64,000 nt of DNA from Candidatus Woesebacteria bacterium (GCA_013374835.1 CP055307.1:407315-471314); one strand, 5' to 3'. Shown: positions 47,024 through 57,194, counted from the first letter of the stretch. Translations and numbers: made by a program. The notes: a model not told the origin generated them from the sequence alone.

Positions 47024-47707
47024 ATGCTTGCTTCAATATTAATTATTTCCAGTCTTTTTGTTACTAATAATGTAAATGTTGAGAACGTTGTCAGCGTTGC
47101 GAACGCTTCGGCGCAGGTAAGTGTTCGTTCAAATATCCAGAATGAATCTGTAAACGAACAGATGAGAGTAAGAGTTACAAGTGAATCTCAAAATAGAGAG
47201 GCCTTGATGTATGAATACAGGCGTGGGGTTGAGGAGGCACAAATGCTTAGAGAAGAAAAGCGCGAGAAGTTCCGGCAAAGGCTTTTGGAGATTAGAGATG
47301 AAAGGAAAAGAGCTCTTTTTGAGAATCTTAATACAAACATTAATGATTTAAATGCCCGATGGGTTGAGCGCCTAAAGTCTGTTTTAGATAGGCTTTCTGA
47401 GATAGCCGATAAAATAGAAGCGCGAGCTCAAGAAGAAGGTGTTGCTGAAAATTCTGATTTTAAGAATGCTTTGGATAAAGTAAGATCGAAGATTTTTGAA
47501 AGCTACAATATGGTTAATAAGCAGGCCTCTAAAGTATATACTTTAGAGGTTACAGATGAGAATAATTTGGGTAGAAGTGTAAGCGGTACTTTAAGCGAGC
47601 TTAGAGCCGATTTTGAGCCAATAAGGGAGAGTGTTTCTTTGGCTAAAGATGCGCTTAAGGGTCTTTTTCAAATTTTAGCAACTCTTTTGGGAGAAAATAT
47701 AGAATGA
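47024..47707 (+). CDS. Secreted coiled-coil hypothetical protein
   Basis: Hydrophobic N-terminus, charged helical body; TTGACA promoter at 46985. Confidence 0.7.
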   Translation: MLASILIISSLFVTNNVNVENVVSVANASAQVSVRSNIQNESVNEQMRVRVTSESQNREALMYEYRRGVEEAQMLREEKREKFRQRLLEIRDERKRALFENLNTNINDLNARWVERLKSVLDRLSEIADKIEARAQEEGVAENSDFKNALDKVRSKIFESYNMVNKQASKVYTLEVTDENNLGRSVSGTLSELRADFEPIRESVSLAKDALKGLFQILATLLGENIE

Positions 47708-47991
47708 TAAGTATAAGAAAGGGATTTTCGGAAGTTATTATTGTTTTGGTTTTGGGGATAGTTGTTTTGGTCGCTTTTTTTCTTTATTATCTTTTAACAA
47801 CCAGCAAAAGTATCCCCAGCCTAGGAAATCCGATTGTGGGGAAGCCTCAGGAACAAAATTTATCACCCACAATGGAGCCTGTTTCCGAATCCAGCGATCT
47901 TGAGACTTTGAAAAGAGAAATTGATACAACTGATGTAGGCTCCATAGAGGAAGATATAGACTTGCTGGAGCAGGAAGCTTCTTCGTTGTAA
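47704..47991 (+). CDS. Small single-TM protein with pilin-like leader
   Basis: RKGFSEVIIVLVLG resembles a class III (prepilin) G|F site; acidic tail. Confidence 0.55.
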   Translation: MISIRKGFSEVIIVLVLGIVVLVAFFLYYLLTTSKSIPSLGNPIVGKPQEQNLSPTMEPVSESSDLETLKREIDTTDVGSIEEDIDLLEQEASSL

Positions 47992-48000
47992 AATGGTGTT

Positions 48001-48501
48001 ATGGAGGAAATTACCTCCCAAATACCTGATATTAATTTGACTGGCAATAGTTTTTTTTCAGACATAATAGCCAGTGTTCCACTTCCGGGGGGGTTGGTTT
48101 TTTCCGTTTCGTATCTTCAAGCGGGAGCAATGGTAATATTGATATTTTTTTTGATTTTAACTCTTGGGCAATTGCGGCATAGGTTGGTTAATTGGAAAAT
48201 GGGCGGTATAATGCCTGGTGTGTATATCGGATTTGCGCTCGCGCTTATTATGGAGGGAATTTTTATTGTCAGCGGAAGAACGATATTAACCGAGCTTATC
48301 GGATGGGAGAGTGCGCCTAAACCTATTGTTAACGTATTGGATGCTGGGAGAGACAGGCTTATTCGGGTGCTTGGTGTAGCCGAGGAGATTCCATCTTCGT
48401 ACGCGGAAGGAGTCCCGACGATCAGTGGTATTATGAAGGAGTATGAGGGTTTATCTGAATTCGAGAAAGAAAGCCTTCAAAGTATGATTTGTCGCCCGTG
48501 A
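48001..48501 (+). CDS. Hypothetical membrane protein
   Basis: Two TM segments; co-oriented with neighbours. Confidence 0.65.
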   Translation: MEEITSQIPDINLTGNSFFSDIIASVPLPGGLVFSVSYLQAGAMVILIFFLILTLGQLRHRLVNWKMGGIMPGVYIGFALALIMEGIFIVSGRTILTELIGWESAPKPIVNVLDAGRDRLIRVLGVAEEIPSSYAEGVPTISGIMKEYEGLSEFEKESLQSMICRP

Positions 48502-48521
48502 GTTTGGTATACTTTTTACCT

Positions 48522-49595
48522 ATGCAGGAGTTAAAAAAACAGATTGTTGATTTAAAAGATAGGCTTGAGGCTTTTTCGGAGAACCTTGATTTACCCCAAA
48601 AAAGAAAGAAAGTTGAGGTTCTTGAGCTTGAATCTATGGATAGCAATCTTTGGGATGATCAAGAGAGGGCAAGAAAGCTTTTAACCGAGCTTGGAGATTT
48701 AAAAAATGAGATCGACGAGTTTGATAGAATTTATTCCGAAGTAAAGACTCTTTATGAGATGGCTGAGGAAGACATGCTTTCAGGGGAACTTGAGAAAGAT
48801 GTGCAAAGACTTTTAAGGGATTTTGGAAAAATCGAACTTCGCACTTATTTATCCGGAAAGTACGATCGGAGGAATGCGATTGTCAGTATCCATGCCGGCC
48901 AGGGTGGAACCGAAGCAATGGATTGGACCCATATGCTTTTTAGGATGTACCTTAGGTATTGTGAAAGAAAGAACTGGCCTGTAGAGGTGCTTGATCAGAC
49001 AGTTGGCGACGAAGCCGGGATTAAAAGTGTTACTTTTAAGGTCGTTGGTTCTTATGCTTATGGGTATTTAAAGGGTGAATCTGGAACTCATAGATTGGTC
49101 AGGCAATCTCCATTTAATGCCGATCGATTGCGGCAGACCTCTTTTGCATTGGTTGAGGTTTTGCCTGAAATAGAGGAAGTTGATGAACCTGATATAGAGA
49201 TTAAAGAGGAAGATTTGGAGTGGCAGTTTTTTAGATCTGGCGGACACGGAGGGCAAAATGTAAATAAAGTCTCTACCGCTGTAAGGCTGATTCATAAACC
49301 TACAAACATATCTGTTTCCGCGCAGACAGAGAGGTTCCAGGAGCAAAACAGAAAAATAGCTCTTAATTTATTAAGATCAAAGCTTTGGGCGATTGCTCAG
49401 GAAGAGATGAAAAAGGAGGAGAAGAACATTAAGGGTGATTATAAGCCTGCAACTTGGGGAACTCAGATAAGAAGTTATGTGCTTCATCCTTATAAGATGG
49501 TTAAAGATTTAAGAACTAATGTAGAAACAGGAAATACCGATGCTATTTTGGATGGTGATTTGGATGAGTTTATCGAAGCTGAGCTAAAGATCTGA
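48522..49595 (+). CDS. prfB: Peptide chain release factor 2 (no frameshift)
   Basis: HRLVRQSPF (SPF), GGQ, WGTQIRSYV. Confidence 0.97.
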   Translation: MQELKKQIVDLKDRLEAFSENLDLPQKRKKVEVLELESMDSNLWDDQERARKLLTELGDLKNEIDEFDRIYSEVKTLYEMAEEDMLSGELEKDVQRLLRDFGKIELRTYLSGKYDRRNAIVSIHAGQGGTEAMDWTHMLFRMYLRYCERKNWPVEVLDQTVGDEAGIKSVTFKVVGSYAYGYLKGESGTHRLVRQSPFNADRLRQTSFALVEVLPEIEEVDEPDIEIKEEDLEWQFFRSGGHGGQNVNKVSTAVRLIHKPTNISVSAQTERFQEQNRKIALNLLRSKLWAIAQEEMKKEEKNIKGDYKPATWGTQIRSYVLHPYKMVKDLRTNVETGNTDAILDGDLDEFIEAELKI

Positions 49596-49641
49596 TTTTA
49601 GTGGCTTCATTAGAAAGTTTTAATGTGTTATATTGTTAATC

Positions 49642-50118
49642 ATGGAGAGAGTTGTCCAAGTTATTCAGCCGGTTGGAGATGATGGTGTTGTAAAAAAATT
49701 TGAGTCTCCTCGCAATAATAAAAAGGATCGTGTAATAATTCCTTTAATTGCAATTTTAGTTGTTTTGGGAGGAGTAGGAACCGGATATTATTTTTCAAAG
49801 ATGGGAGGCAATGGCAAAATCGTTTCTGAAAGCGTTGTGGTTGACGGTTCCGGAGAGACTGCGGGAGAATCAGAAGTAGTAAACATCGATCTTTTTCCAG
49901 ACAGCGCAAGCGGTGTTTTAAAAGAAGGTGGTATTGATGGGGAGGGAACCCATTATTTAGATCGAGGGCTTGGTGAGGAAAAGTACGTTTACCTTTTTTC
50001 CACAGTGATTGATCTTGATGGATTTGTGGGTAAAAAAGTAGAAGTTTGGGGAAATACGGTTTCGGGACAGAAAGCCGGATGGTTAATGGATGTCGGTAAA
50101 ATAAAAGAGGCTAATTAA
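49642..50118 (+). CDS. Single-TM hypothetical protein
   Basis: TM helix followed by GGIDGEGTHYL domain. Confidence 0.65.
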   Translation: MERVVQVIQPVGDDGVVKKFESPRNNKKDRVIIPLIAILVVLGGVGTGYYFSKMGGNGKIVSESVVVDGSGETAGESEVVNIDLFPDSASGVLKEGGIDGEGTHYLDRGLGEEKYVYLFSTVIDLDGFVGKKVEVWGNTVSGQKAGWLMDVGKIKEAN

Positions 50119-50126
50119 GCTTGCTC

Positions 50127-50861
50127 ATGCTTGAATTTAAATCTGTAAGTAAAAATTTTGGAAGTATTTCTGCTTTGTCGGATATTTCGTTTTATATTCC
50201 TCCGGGTGAGTTTGTATTTATTGTCGGACCTTCGGGTGCTGGTAAGACTACGCTTTTAAAGCTTATTATCCGTGATATTACCCCTTCCAGTGGAGAAATA
50301 TTGTTTGATGGTAAGGAGCTTTCGAATCTAAAGAAGAAGGAAATTCCACATCTTCGGCAGAGTATCGGGGCTGTTTTTCAGGATTATAAGCTTATATCGG
50401 GTAGGACTGTTTTTGAAAACGTAGAGGTGGCTTTGGCGGTAAAGAAGGTACCAAAGGAGGAGCGGGAGGCACGGGTAGAGCAAGTTCTTAAGCTTGTAGG
50501 TCTTACTGAGCGTGCTACGCTTTTTCCTTCTCAGCTTTCGGGTGGGGAGCTTCAAAGAGCTTCGCTTGCTCGCGCGTTAGTTGTGAATCCTAAACTTATT
50601 TTTGCGGACGAACCGACCGGGAATCTTGATCCAAAAACTGCAGAGGGAATAATAGAGCTATTATTGAAAATTAATGAGGAAGGCAAGACTGTTTTGGTTT
50701 CTACCCACAGCAAGGATTTGGTTAGTAAACTTAGAAAGCGGGTGCTTGAGCTTGAGGGAGGGAAGCTTATAAAGGATTCGGATCCTGCCGAAAAAGAAGA
50801 AGAAAAGGAAAAGACTGATGATAAAGATGATAAAGTAGAAGAAAAGGAGTCCTCTAAATGA
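50127..50861 (+). CDS. ftsE: Cell division ATP-binding protein FtsE
   Basis: GPSGAGKTT, VFQDYKL, LSGGE, ADEPTGNLD; upstream of ftsX. Confidence 0.9.
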   Translation: MLEFKSVSKNFGSISALSDISFYIPPGEFVFIVGPSGAGKTTLLKLIIRDITPSSGEILFDGKELSNLKKKEIPHLRQSIGAVFQDYKLISGRTVFENVEVALAVKKVPKEEREARVEQVLKLVGLTERATLFPSQLSGGELQRASLARALVVNPKLIFADEPTGNLDPKTAEGIIELLLKINEEGKTVLVSTHSKDLVSKLRKRVLELEGGKLIKDSDPAEKEEEKEKTDDKDDKVEEKESSK

Positions 50862-51775
50862 AGCAGCATATAAGAACGAGTTTTGATTACATAAGGCGTG
50901 CGCCTTTTCAGGCTTTGGCAGCCATAAGCGTTTTGGCTCTTACATTTTTTGTAACCACTCTTCTTGTGGTTTTGCTTTACTCGTCTCATCAGGTGATAAA
51001 GTTTTTTGAGACGCGGCCACAGGTTATTGCCTTTTTAAAAGAGGATGCGTTGGAGGGTGAGATTGATGCTTTGAGAAATAAGCTGGCAAATGATTCACGG
51101 ATTAATAGTGTGTCTTATGTTTCTAAAGAGCAAGCTCTTGAAATTTATAAAGAGGCGACTGCTGATAACCCGCTTCTTGGCGAGCTTGTATCTCCCAGTA
51201 TTTTTCCTGCAAGTATTGAGTTTTCTGTGAGGGATCTTAATTTTACAGAGGAGATAATTAACGAGGTAAAGGGGGAAAGTGTTGTAGAATCTGTAGATTT
51301 TACCGCAAATTTAGGAAGCGAGGCTACGCTTGGTGATGTAATACAAAGGCTTAAAAACGCTACTTATTATTTGAGGATTGGAGGTGTGTCTTTTGTATTG
51401 GTGCTTAACTTAACTTCGTTTCTTGTTCTTATGGTTGTTATTGGTATGAGGATATCTATGAAGAAGGCGGAGATTGAAAGCTTGAGTCTTATTGGTGCTA
51501 CAAATTGGTTCATAAGAATGCCGATTGTATTTGAGGCTATAAATTATGCTCTTATCGGTGTTTTTGCCGGGTGGCTTGCTGCTAGTGTTCTTTTGATGTA
51601 TGCTACCCCTTCTGTACTTTATTATTTTAAGGATATTCCGGTTTTGCCAAGAGAGACGACAGACTTTTTTGCTTTGCTTGGCGTGATTTTTGCGGCAGAG
51701 ATTTTTGCCGGGCTTTTTATCGCGTTTCTTGGGAGCATGATTGCTGTATCCAGATCTCTTCGTATCGTTAAATAG
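50858..51775 (+). CDS. ftsX: Cell division permease FtsX
   Basis: TM1, large external loop (YVSKEQAL), LIGATNWFIRMP. Confidence 0.9.
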   Translation: MKQHIRTSFDYIRRAPFQALAAISVLALTFFVTTLLVVLLYSSHQVIKFFETRPQVIAFLKEDALEGEIDALRNKLANDSRINSVSYVSKEQALEIYKEATADNPLLGELVSPSIFPASIEFSVRDLNFTEEIINEVKGESVVESVDFTANLGSEATLGDVIQRLKNATYYLRIGGVSFVLVLNLTSFLVLMVVIGMRISMKKAEIESLSLIGATNWFIRMPIVFEAINYALIGVFAGWLAASVLLMYATPSVLYYFKDIPVLPRETTDFFALLGVIFAAEIFAGLFIAFLGSMIAVSRSLRIVK

Positions 51776-51806
51776 TTTTAATAGTATGTTAAAATATTCG
51801 GGAAAC

Positions 51807-52967
51807 ATGCTTGCCCGGATTAAAAAGCCATTTTTAATAGTTTTACTTCTATTATTGCCTTTTTTGTTTTTGGGATATCCTGTTAGCGCTGAGTCTGATA
51901 GCGAAAAGCTTGATCGGCTTGCCCGCGAGATTGAGGAATACACACAAAAGATTAAGGAACTTCAAGTAAAGGCAAGTACGCTTAGCAACCAGATTGCCCA
52001 GTTTGATGCACAAATTAGGCTTACTGAGCTTAAGATCAGCCAGACCGAGGAGCAGATATTGCTTCTTGGTGGTAGGATTGATCAAATTGAGGTTTCTTTA
52101 TCTGATTTGGAGGAGGCTTTCAATACAAGGGTGGTCGAATCTTATAAGATATCAAGAATTAATAACACTGCTTATCTTCTTTTTTCTACCGAGGATATAA
52201 ATAAGACTTTGGCAAAAACTTATTATTTACAAAAAATTCAGGAAGCGGATAATAATCTTCTTGAAAAATTAAAAAATGCAAAAGAAGTTTATAAAGAACA
52301 AAAAGGGGAACTTGAGGAGCTTCAAGAGGTGCTTGGTGTGCAGAAGGAGGAGCTTGATTCACAAAAGACTGCGAAAAACAATCTTCTTTCGCTAACCAAA
52401 AACGATGAGAAAAAATACCAATCGCTTCTTGCTCAGGCGAGGGCCGAATTTGAGGCTATTCAGGCTATTATTGCCGGAAAAGGTGATGAGAGTGAGGTAG
52501 GACATGTGAATGCGGGTGAGAGAATTGCTTCGATTATTCAGGGGCCGTCGTGTAATTCAAGCGGTTCGCATCTTCATTTTATTGTTGCCAGAGGGAGGGA
52601 TACCGAGAATCCATTTAATTATCTTAAACCTATTGATCATCAGAATTGCTCCGGGCCCGGGGAGTGTTCTCCCGGTGACCCTTTCAATCCAAGTGGAAGT
52701 TGGGATTGGCCGATAAATGCGCCCGTTAAATTTTCTCAAGGATATGGTTTAACTTGGGCTGTGCAGAATACATGGGTGGGTAGGATTTATCAGTTTCATA
52801 ATGGAATTGACATAAATAATGAGGGTAATTCTGAAGTAAAAGCTGTAAGATCGGGAACGCTTTATAGAGGTAGTTATACTGGGTTAAATGGATGCAGGCT
52901 TAGATATGTAAGGGTTAAGCATGATGAGAATGATATTGAGACTTATTATCTTCATATTAATTACTAG
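51807..52967 (+). CDS. Secreted coiled-coil protein with permuted M23-like domain (FtsEX-associated hydrolase/activator)
   Basis: Signal peptide, long coiled coil, SGSHLHF then FHNGIDI then YYLH. Confidence 0.8.
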   Translation: MLARIKKPFLIVLLLLLPFLFLGYPVSAESDSEKLDRLAREIEEYTQKIKELQVKASTLSNQIAQFDAQIRLTELKISQTEEQILLLGGRIDQIEVSLSDLEEAFNTRVVESYKISRINNTAYLLFSTEDINKTLAKTYYLQKIQEADNNLLEKLKNAKEVYKEQKGELEELQEVLGVQKEELDSQKTAKNNLLSLTKNDEKKYQSLLAQARAEFEAIQAIIAGKGDESEVGHVNAGERIASIIQGPSCNSSGSHLHFIVARGRDTENPFNYLKPIDHQNCSGPGECSPGDPFNPSGSWDWPINAPVKFSQGYGLTWAVQNTWVGRIYQFHNGIDINNEGNSEVKAVRSGTLYRGSYTGLNGCRLRYVRVKHDENDIETYYLHINY

Positions 52968-53037
52968 TGATAAGTGGTTGATGACTGATGATTAATGGAG
53001 ATTGATATTTCGGTCTTTTTTTGATTAAATTTTTTTA

Positions 53038-53889
53038 ATGCCCCATATTCTTTGGCGGAAATTGAAGCTGATAATCGGAGAATTTGTATTTGTTTGGATT
53101 TTTTTGGTTTTTTTGGCGGGTGAGATTAAAGCAGTCGATTTTATAATTTCTAATCCTGTTGTAAAAGATACCGAGATTTCAGTTGATGTTGAAATAAGCG
53201 GAGCTAAAGCAAATAGTTGCCCAGAAAATACCTGTTATCTACTTGGAGCGATAAGCTCTACTTCTTATACTAGATATTTTGGATTTACACAAAGGAATGA
53301 TGGAGGATGGACAGCATATACATCTAGCGCGGAAACTGATTTTATAAAATCAAATTTTTATAAGATTGAAATCATTGAAGAAGCTTGGACTGGAGCGGTG
53401 AAGATGAAATTTAATTGGGATGATCCTGATTATAAAGGGCCTGGCGAATATAAAATTAAGATTAATAGATATACCGGAAATAGTAAAAATTCTGCTCAAA
53501 GCTCGAATGAACTTTTGATTAATTTAAGTGTGGCGACGCCGACTCCTTCTCCGACGGCTACACCCACATCTACACCTTTTCCTACTCCTGAGTCGACTGG
53601 AGAGGCAAGTTCCTTTCCTACTCTGAAGCCAACTTTTACTCCTACAGACAAACCAACTATAAGAGCTACCTATAGACCAACACCAGTGCCTGCGACTAAC
53701 GAGGGAGCTATTTTGGGAATTAGAGAAACTTCTTCGCCAAGCGCTTCTTTTGAGCCTTTATCCGAGGAGAAGAGAAATATTTCTTTAGTGCCCCTTGGAT
53801 TTATGGGTATGGGAGCTGGATTTTTGGGGGTATCTTCTTATCCGTTTTTAAAAAAGCGTTTGAGAAAGTATAATGAAAAACATGTTTAA
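53038..53889 (+). CDS. Surface protein with Pro/Thr stalk and C-terminal TM
   Basis: Signal peptide, beta-rich domain, TPTP repeats, TM and basic tail. Confidence 0.7.
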   Translation: MPHILWRKLKLIIGEFVFVWIFLVFLAGEIKAVDFIISNPVVKDTEISVDVEISGAKANSCPENTCYLLGAISSTSYTRYFGFTQRNDGGWTAYTSSAETDFIKSNFYKIEIIEEAWTGAVKMKFNWDDPDYKGPGEYKIKINRYTGNSKNSAQSSNELLINLSVATPTPSPTATPTSTPFPTPESTGEASSFPTLKPTFTPTDKPTIRATYRPTPVPATNEGAILGIRETSSPSASFEPLSEEKRNISLVPLGFMGMGAGFLGVSSYPFLKKRLRKYNEKHV

Positions 53890-54286
53890 ATATTTTGCCC
53901 CTCCTTTTATTTGGGCTTTTGTAATATTTTTATTTTCTTCTTTTCCTACTGGCAGTGCCACTCAAATAGTATGGACTGATTTTGTGATTAAAAAGACGGC
54001 ACATATTGTTGAATATGGGATTTTAACGTTACTTTTGTACAGAGCCTTTACCAAGGGTGCCTGTATTGATAAAAAAAGAGCCGCAATTTATTCGATTTCG
54101 CTTGCTATTATTTATGGGATTAGCGATGAGTTTCACCAGTCTTTTACTCCGGGAAGGATGCCAAAGATTTGGGATGTAGGTTTTGATACAATAGGATCAG
54201 TTTTTTCGATTTATTTTGTATGGAATATATTACCAAAAATGCCGAAGAGACTAAGGCGCTTGGCAGAAGACTGGGAAATAGCTTGA
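53873..54286 (+). CDS. VanZ family membrane protein
   Basis: KKTAHIVEYG, YGISDEFHQSFTPGR. Confidence 0.9.
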   Translation: MKNMFKYFAPPFIWAFVIFLFSSFPTGSATQIVWTDFVIKKTAHIVEYGILTLLLYRAFTKGACIDKKRAAIYSISLAIIYGISDEFHQSFTPGRMPKIWDVGFDTIGSVFSIYFVWNILPKMPKRLRRLAEDWEIA

Positions 54287-54645
54287 AAGGCGGGACTACT
54301 CTTGCTTTAAGCGGAGAGCTTGGGAGTGGCAAGACTACTTTTATACAGGGCTTGGCAGAAGGTCTTGGAGTAAGAGACCGAATAATATCGCCGACTTTTA
54401 TACTTGTCAGAAAGTATCAAAGTGAAAAGCTATTAAATTTTTATCATGTGGATTTATATAGGCTTGAGGGGGATTTGGGGTATGAGATGAATAATTTAGG
54501 GCTAACCGATTTTATGAAGGATAAGGACTCTATTGTTGCTATAGAATGGGCGGAAAAGGCGAGAGAGTATTTGCCGAAAAACATGGTGTGGATAAAGTTT
54601 GATATTTTAGAGGATAATAGGAGAAAGATCGTGACTAATTTATGA
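54220..54645 (+). CDS. tsaE: tRNA threonylcarbamoyladenosine ATPase TsaE
   Basis: GELGSGKTTF, SPTF, HVDLYRL, IEWAE. Confidence 0.95.
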   Translation: MEYITKNAEETKALGRRLGNSLKGGTTLALSGELGSGKTTFIQGLAEGLGVRDRIISPTFILVRKYQSEKLLNFYHVDLYRLEGDLGYEMNNLGLTDFMKDKDSIVAIEWAEKAREYLPKNMVWIKFDILEDNRRKIVTNL

Positions 54646-55628
54646 ATAGAATTCTTGTTACAGGCGGAGCCGGGTATATAGGGAGTTTTATAGTAAGGGC
54701 TTTGAAAACGGCGGGATATGAGCCTTATGTCGTTGATGATTTTTCAAGCGGGCATGAGGAGGCAATTGTCGGTTTTAGCTTTAAAAAGCTTAATTTGAGT
54801 AATGATAGTGATTTATTAGAGTTGGAAGAATGGTTTAAAAAGGAACGTTTTGATGGGGTAATCCATATGGCGAGCTTTATCCAAATGGGAGAGAGCTTTA
54901 GGGATCCTTATAAATATTTTAGGAATAATATTAATAGCGCTAACAATATTTTGGGCATAATGGCAAGGCAGGGTGCTAAAAATTTTGTTTTTAGCTCATC
55001 AGCCGGTGTTTATGGGAGCCCGAAAAAGCTTCCAATATCCGAGGATGATCCGAAAATCCCTGAGAATCCTTATGGGCAGACGAAGCTGATGATTGAAGAG
55101 ATGCTTCCTTGGTATGAGAGGGCGCATAAAATTAGCCATGTTTCGATAAGGTATTTTAATGCGGCGGGTGCGGCGCTTGACGGATCTATTGGTGAGGATC
55201 ATCCCAATGAAAGCCATATAATACCCTTGATAATGAAGGCGGCTATGGAGGGCGGAGAGTTTACGCTTTTTGGAGATGATTATAATACTCCCGATGGGAC
55301 GTGTGTTAGGGATTATATACATGTTTTGGATTTGGCGGATGCACATATTAAAGCCCTTACTTATTTGGAAAAGGGTGGAGAGAGTACGGCTGTAAATGCG
55401 GGATTGGGGCGGGGGTATTCAAATCTTGAACTTATTCGCGAGATAGAGAAAGTTGCGGGTAATTTGGCGTGGAAGTTTGGGCCGAGGCGTCCGGGAGATG
55501 CGGATATTCTCTATGCGGATAACAAAAAAATAAAAGAACTTTTCGGCTGGGAGCCGAAGTATGGTTTGGCTGAGATTATTGATAGTGCTTGGAAATGGCA
55601 CAAGAATAACCCAAAAGGTTACTCTTGA
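54642..55628 (+). CDS. galE: UDP-glucose 4-epimerase
   Basis: TGGAGYIGS, YGQTK, RYFNAAGA, DGTCVRDYIHV. Confidence 0.93.
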   Translation: MNRILVTGGAGYIGSFIVRALKTAGYEPYVVDDFSSGHEEAIVGFSFKKLNLSNDSDLLELEEWFKKERFDGVIHMASFIQMGESFRDPYKYFRNNINSANNILGIMARQGAKNFVFSSSAGVYGSPKKLPISEDDPKIPENPYGQTKLMIEEMLPWYERAHKISHVSIRYFNAAGAALDGSIGEDHPNESHIIPLIMKAAMEGGEFTLFGDDYNTPDGTCVRDYIHVLDLADAHIKALTYLEKGGESTAVNAGLGRGYSNLELIREIEKVAGNLAWKFGPRRPGDADILYADNKKIKELFGWEPKYGLAEIIDSAWKWHKNNPKGYS

Positions 55629-55645
55629 TGATTAGTCAATAATAA

Positions 55646-55954
55646 ATGAGACTATTTATAGATACCTCTGATTCGGAGAAGATTGTAGTCGGGATTGATG
55701 GGGAGATGTTTGAGTCTCAATCCAGAAAAGAAAAAACCCAGGCTCTTTTGGGGTTTATTGATGAGATTTTGGCGAAAAAGGGAAAGAAAATTTCTGATGT
55801 TACCGAGATCAAAGTCGTAACAGGGCCAGGATCTTTTACAGGTCTTCGTGTGGGGGTGTCCATTGCTAATGCGATCGGTTGGGCGTTGGGTATACCCGTA
55901 AATGGGAAGAATGTTTCAAAGGGAGAGAATGTGGAGATAAAATATACTACTTGA
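55646..55954 (+). CDS. tsaB: TsaB, N-terminal domain only
   Basis: LFIDTS, GPGSFTGLRVG; 102 aa. Confidence 0.85.
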   Translation: MRLFIDTSDSEKIVVGIDGEMFESQSRKEKTQALLGFIDEILAKKGKKISDVTEIKVVTGPGSFTGLRVGVSIANAIGWALGIPVNGKNVSKGENVEIKYTT

Positions 55955-55987
55955 CATGGGTGCTAATTACATCTAGACTTCGGGCAA

Positions 55988-56674
55988 ATGATTAAGTTGT
56001 CCTATTTTTTAAAAGGAGCTTTCGTAGGATTTTTTATTGTTCTAATTTTTGCAATTTCTATGGGGGTAAAGGACACGAAGGCTTGTTATTGTACACCAAA
56101 ACCTACTGCTTCAACAAGCCCCACGCCTACTTCTGAGCCGACTTCTGAGCCAACATCCAAACCTACCTCCGAGCCTACAGGAGAGCCGAGTGCTTCGCCC
56201 GTTCCTACACCTGCTCCTTCCGAGCCTGCGCGCGGAGGAACAAGTCCTGCCGGGCCTCCGGTTTGTACGGATCCGGCGCCAAATGCGCCATACTTGATAA
56301 GCGCTACAAGAAAGGGCGTTGCAAGCATTGAGATAGTTTGGCAGAAGGTTGAGAATGCAAACGATTATGCAATTTTTTACGGGTCAAATCCCGGTGAGCA
56401 TATTTACGGCGTGCCGAGTACAGGGGATACTGATAGGTTTATTGTCAATGGATTAACAAGCGGTTGTTTTGTTGTCCGAGCTGTAAACGGATGTGGGGTA
56501 AGTGCTCCTTCAAATGAAGTTTGTACGGGCGGGACAGCGGGTGCTGTGCTTGGAGCTAGCACGCTTGCCGATACCGGATCTGGTGAGGACTTTTATAATG
56601 CCTTTTTTATTATAGGTGCTTTGGTAACTTCGGCGGGTGTCAGACGAACTTTTGCCAAAAATAAAGAAAACTAA
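55988..56674 (+). CDS. Sortase substrate with Pro/Thr/Ser stalk and FN3-like domain
   Basis: Signal peptide; IEIVW..YAIFYG..VNGL..FVVRAVNG; LADTG + TM + RR..K tail. Confidence 0.8.
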   Translation: MIKLSYFLKGAFVGFFIVLIFAISMGVKDTKACYCTPKPTASTSPTPTSEPTSEPTSKPTSEPTGEPSASPVPTPAPSEPARGGTSPAGPPVCTDPAPNAPYLISATRKGVASIEIVWQKVENANDYAIFYGSNPGEHIYGVPSTGDTDRFIVNGLTSGCFVVRAVNGCGVSAPSNEVCTGGTAGAVLGASTLADTGSGEDFYNAFFIIGALVTSAGVRRTFAKNKEN

Positions 56675-57194
56675 TTTTTTCTTTTTAGCTTTCGGAATTA
56701 TTCTTCTATCGGTTCCAATTTATTTTCGTATCCGTGAGTTTGGAAAGCTTTATGTTTCGCCGGATCGGGAAGCTATAAAGCAGACCGAAGCTATTACATA
56801 TAATCCTTATATTATTGAAATTGAGAAGATTGGTTTGAAATTGGAGGTTATTGAATCTGGCATTGTTGGCGGTGTGTGGGAGGTGTCTGATAGATACGCA
56901 AACCACCTTGATATTTCGGCGAATCCGGGAGGAGGCGGGAATATTCTCTTATACGCTCATAATAGGGATAATCTTTTCGGTCCTATAAAGTTTTTAAAAA
57001 AGGATGATTTAATCAAAATTCTTGACGCATCTGGAAAAGAGCATGCATATCGTGTTGAGAGCGCTTTTGAAACAGATCCTTCGGATGTAAAAATAGCCTC
57101 AAATACAGAGAGCGAAACGCTTACGCTTTATACTTGCAGCGGGCTTTTTGACAGGAAAAGATTTGTTATAAGAGCAGTACCTGAAAGTATGTAA
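56637..57194 (+). CDS. Sortase
   Basis: N-terminal TM; LYAHNR, TLTLYTC and downstream KRFVIRA (His/Cys/Arg); start uncertain. Confidence 0.9.
   Translation: MSDELLPKIKKTNFFFLAFGIILLSVPIYFRIREFGKLYVSPDREAIKQTEAITYNPYIIEIEKIGLKLEVIESGIVGGVWEVSDRYANHLDISANPGGGGNILLYAHNRDNLFGPIKFLKKDDLIKILDASGKEHAYRVESAFETDPSDVKIASNTESETLTLYTCSGLFDRKRFVIRAVPESM

Noticed and set aside
55646-55954. tsaB as a pseudogene
   Set aside because: Clean start and stop with intact core motif; a compact N-terminal-only form is plausible in a reduced genome
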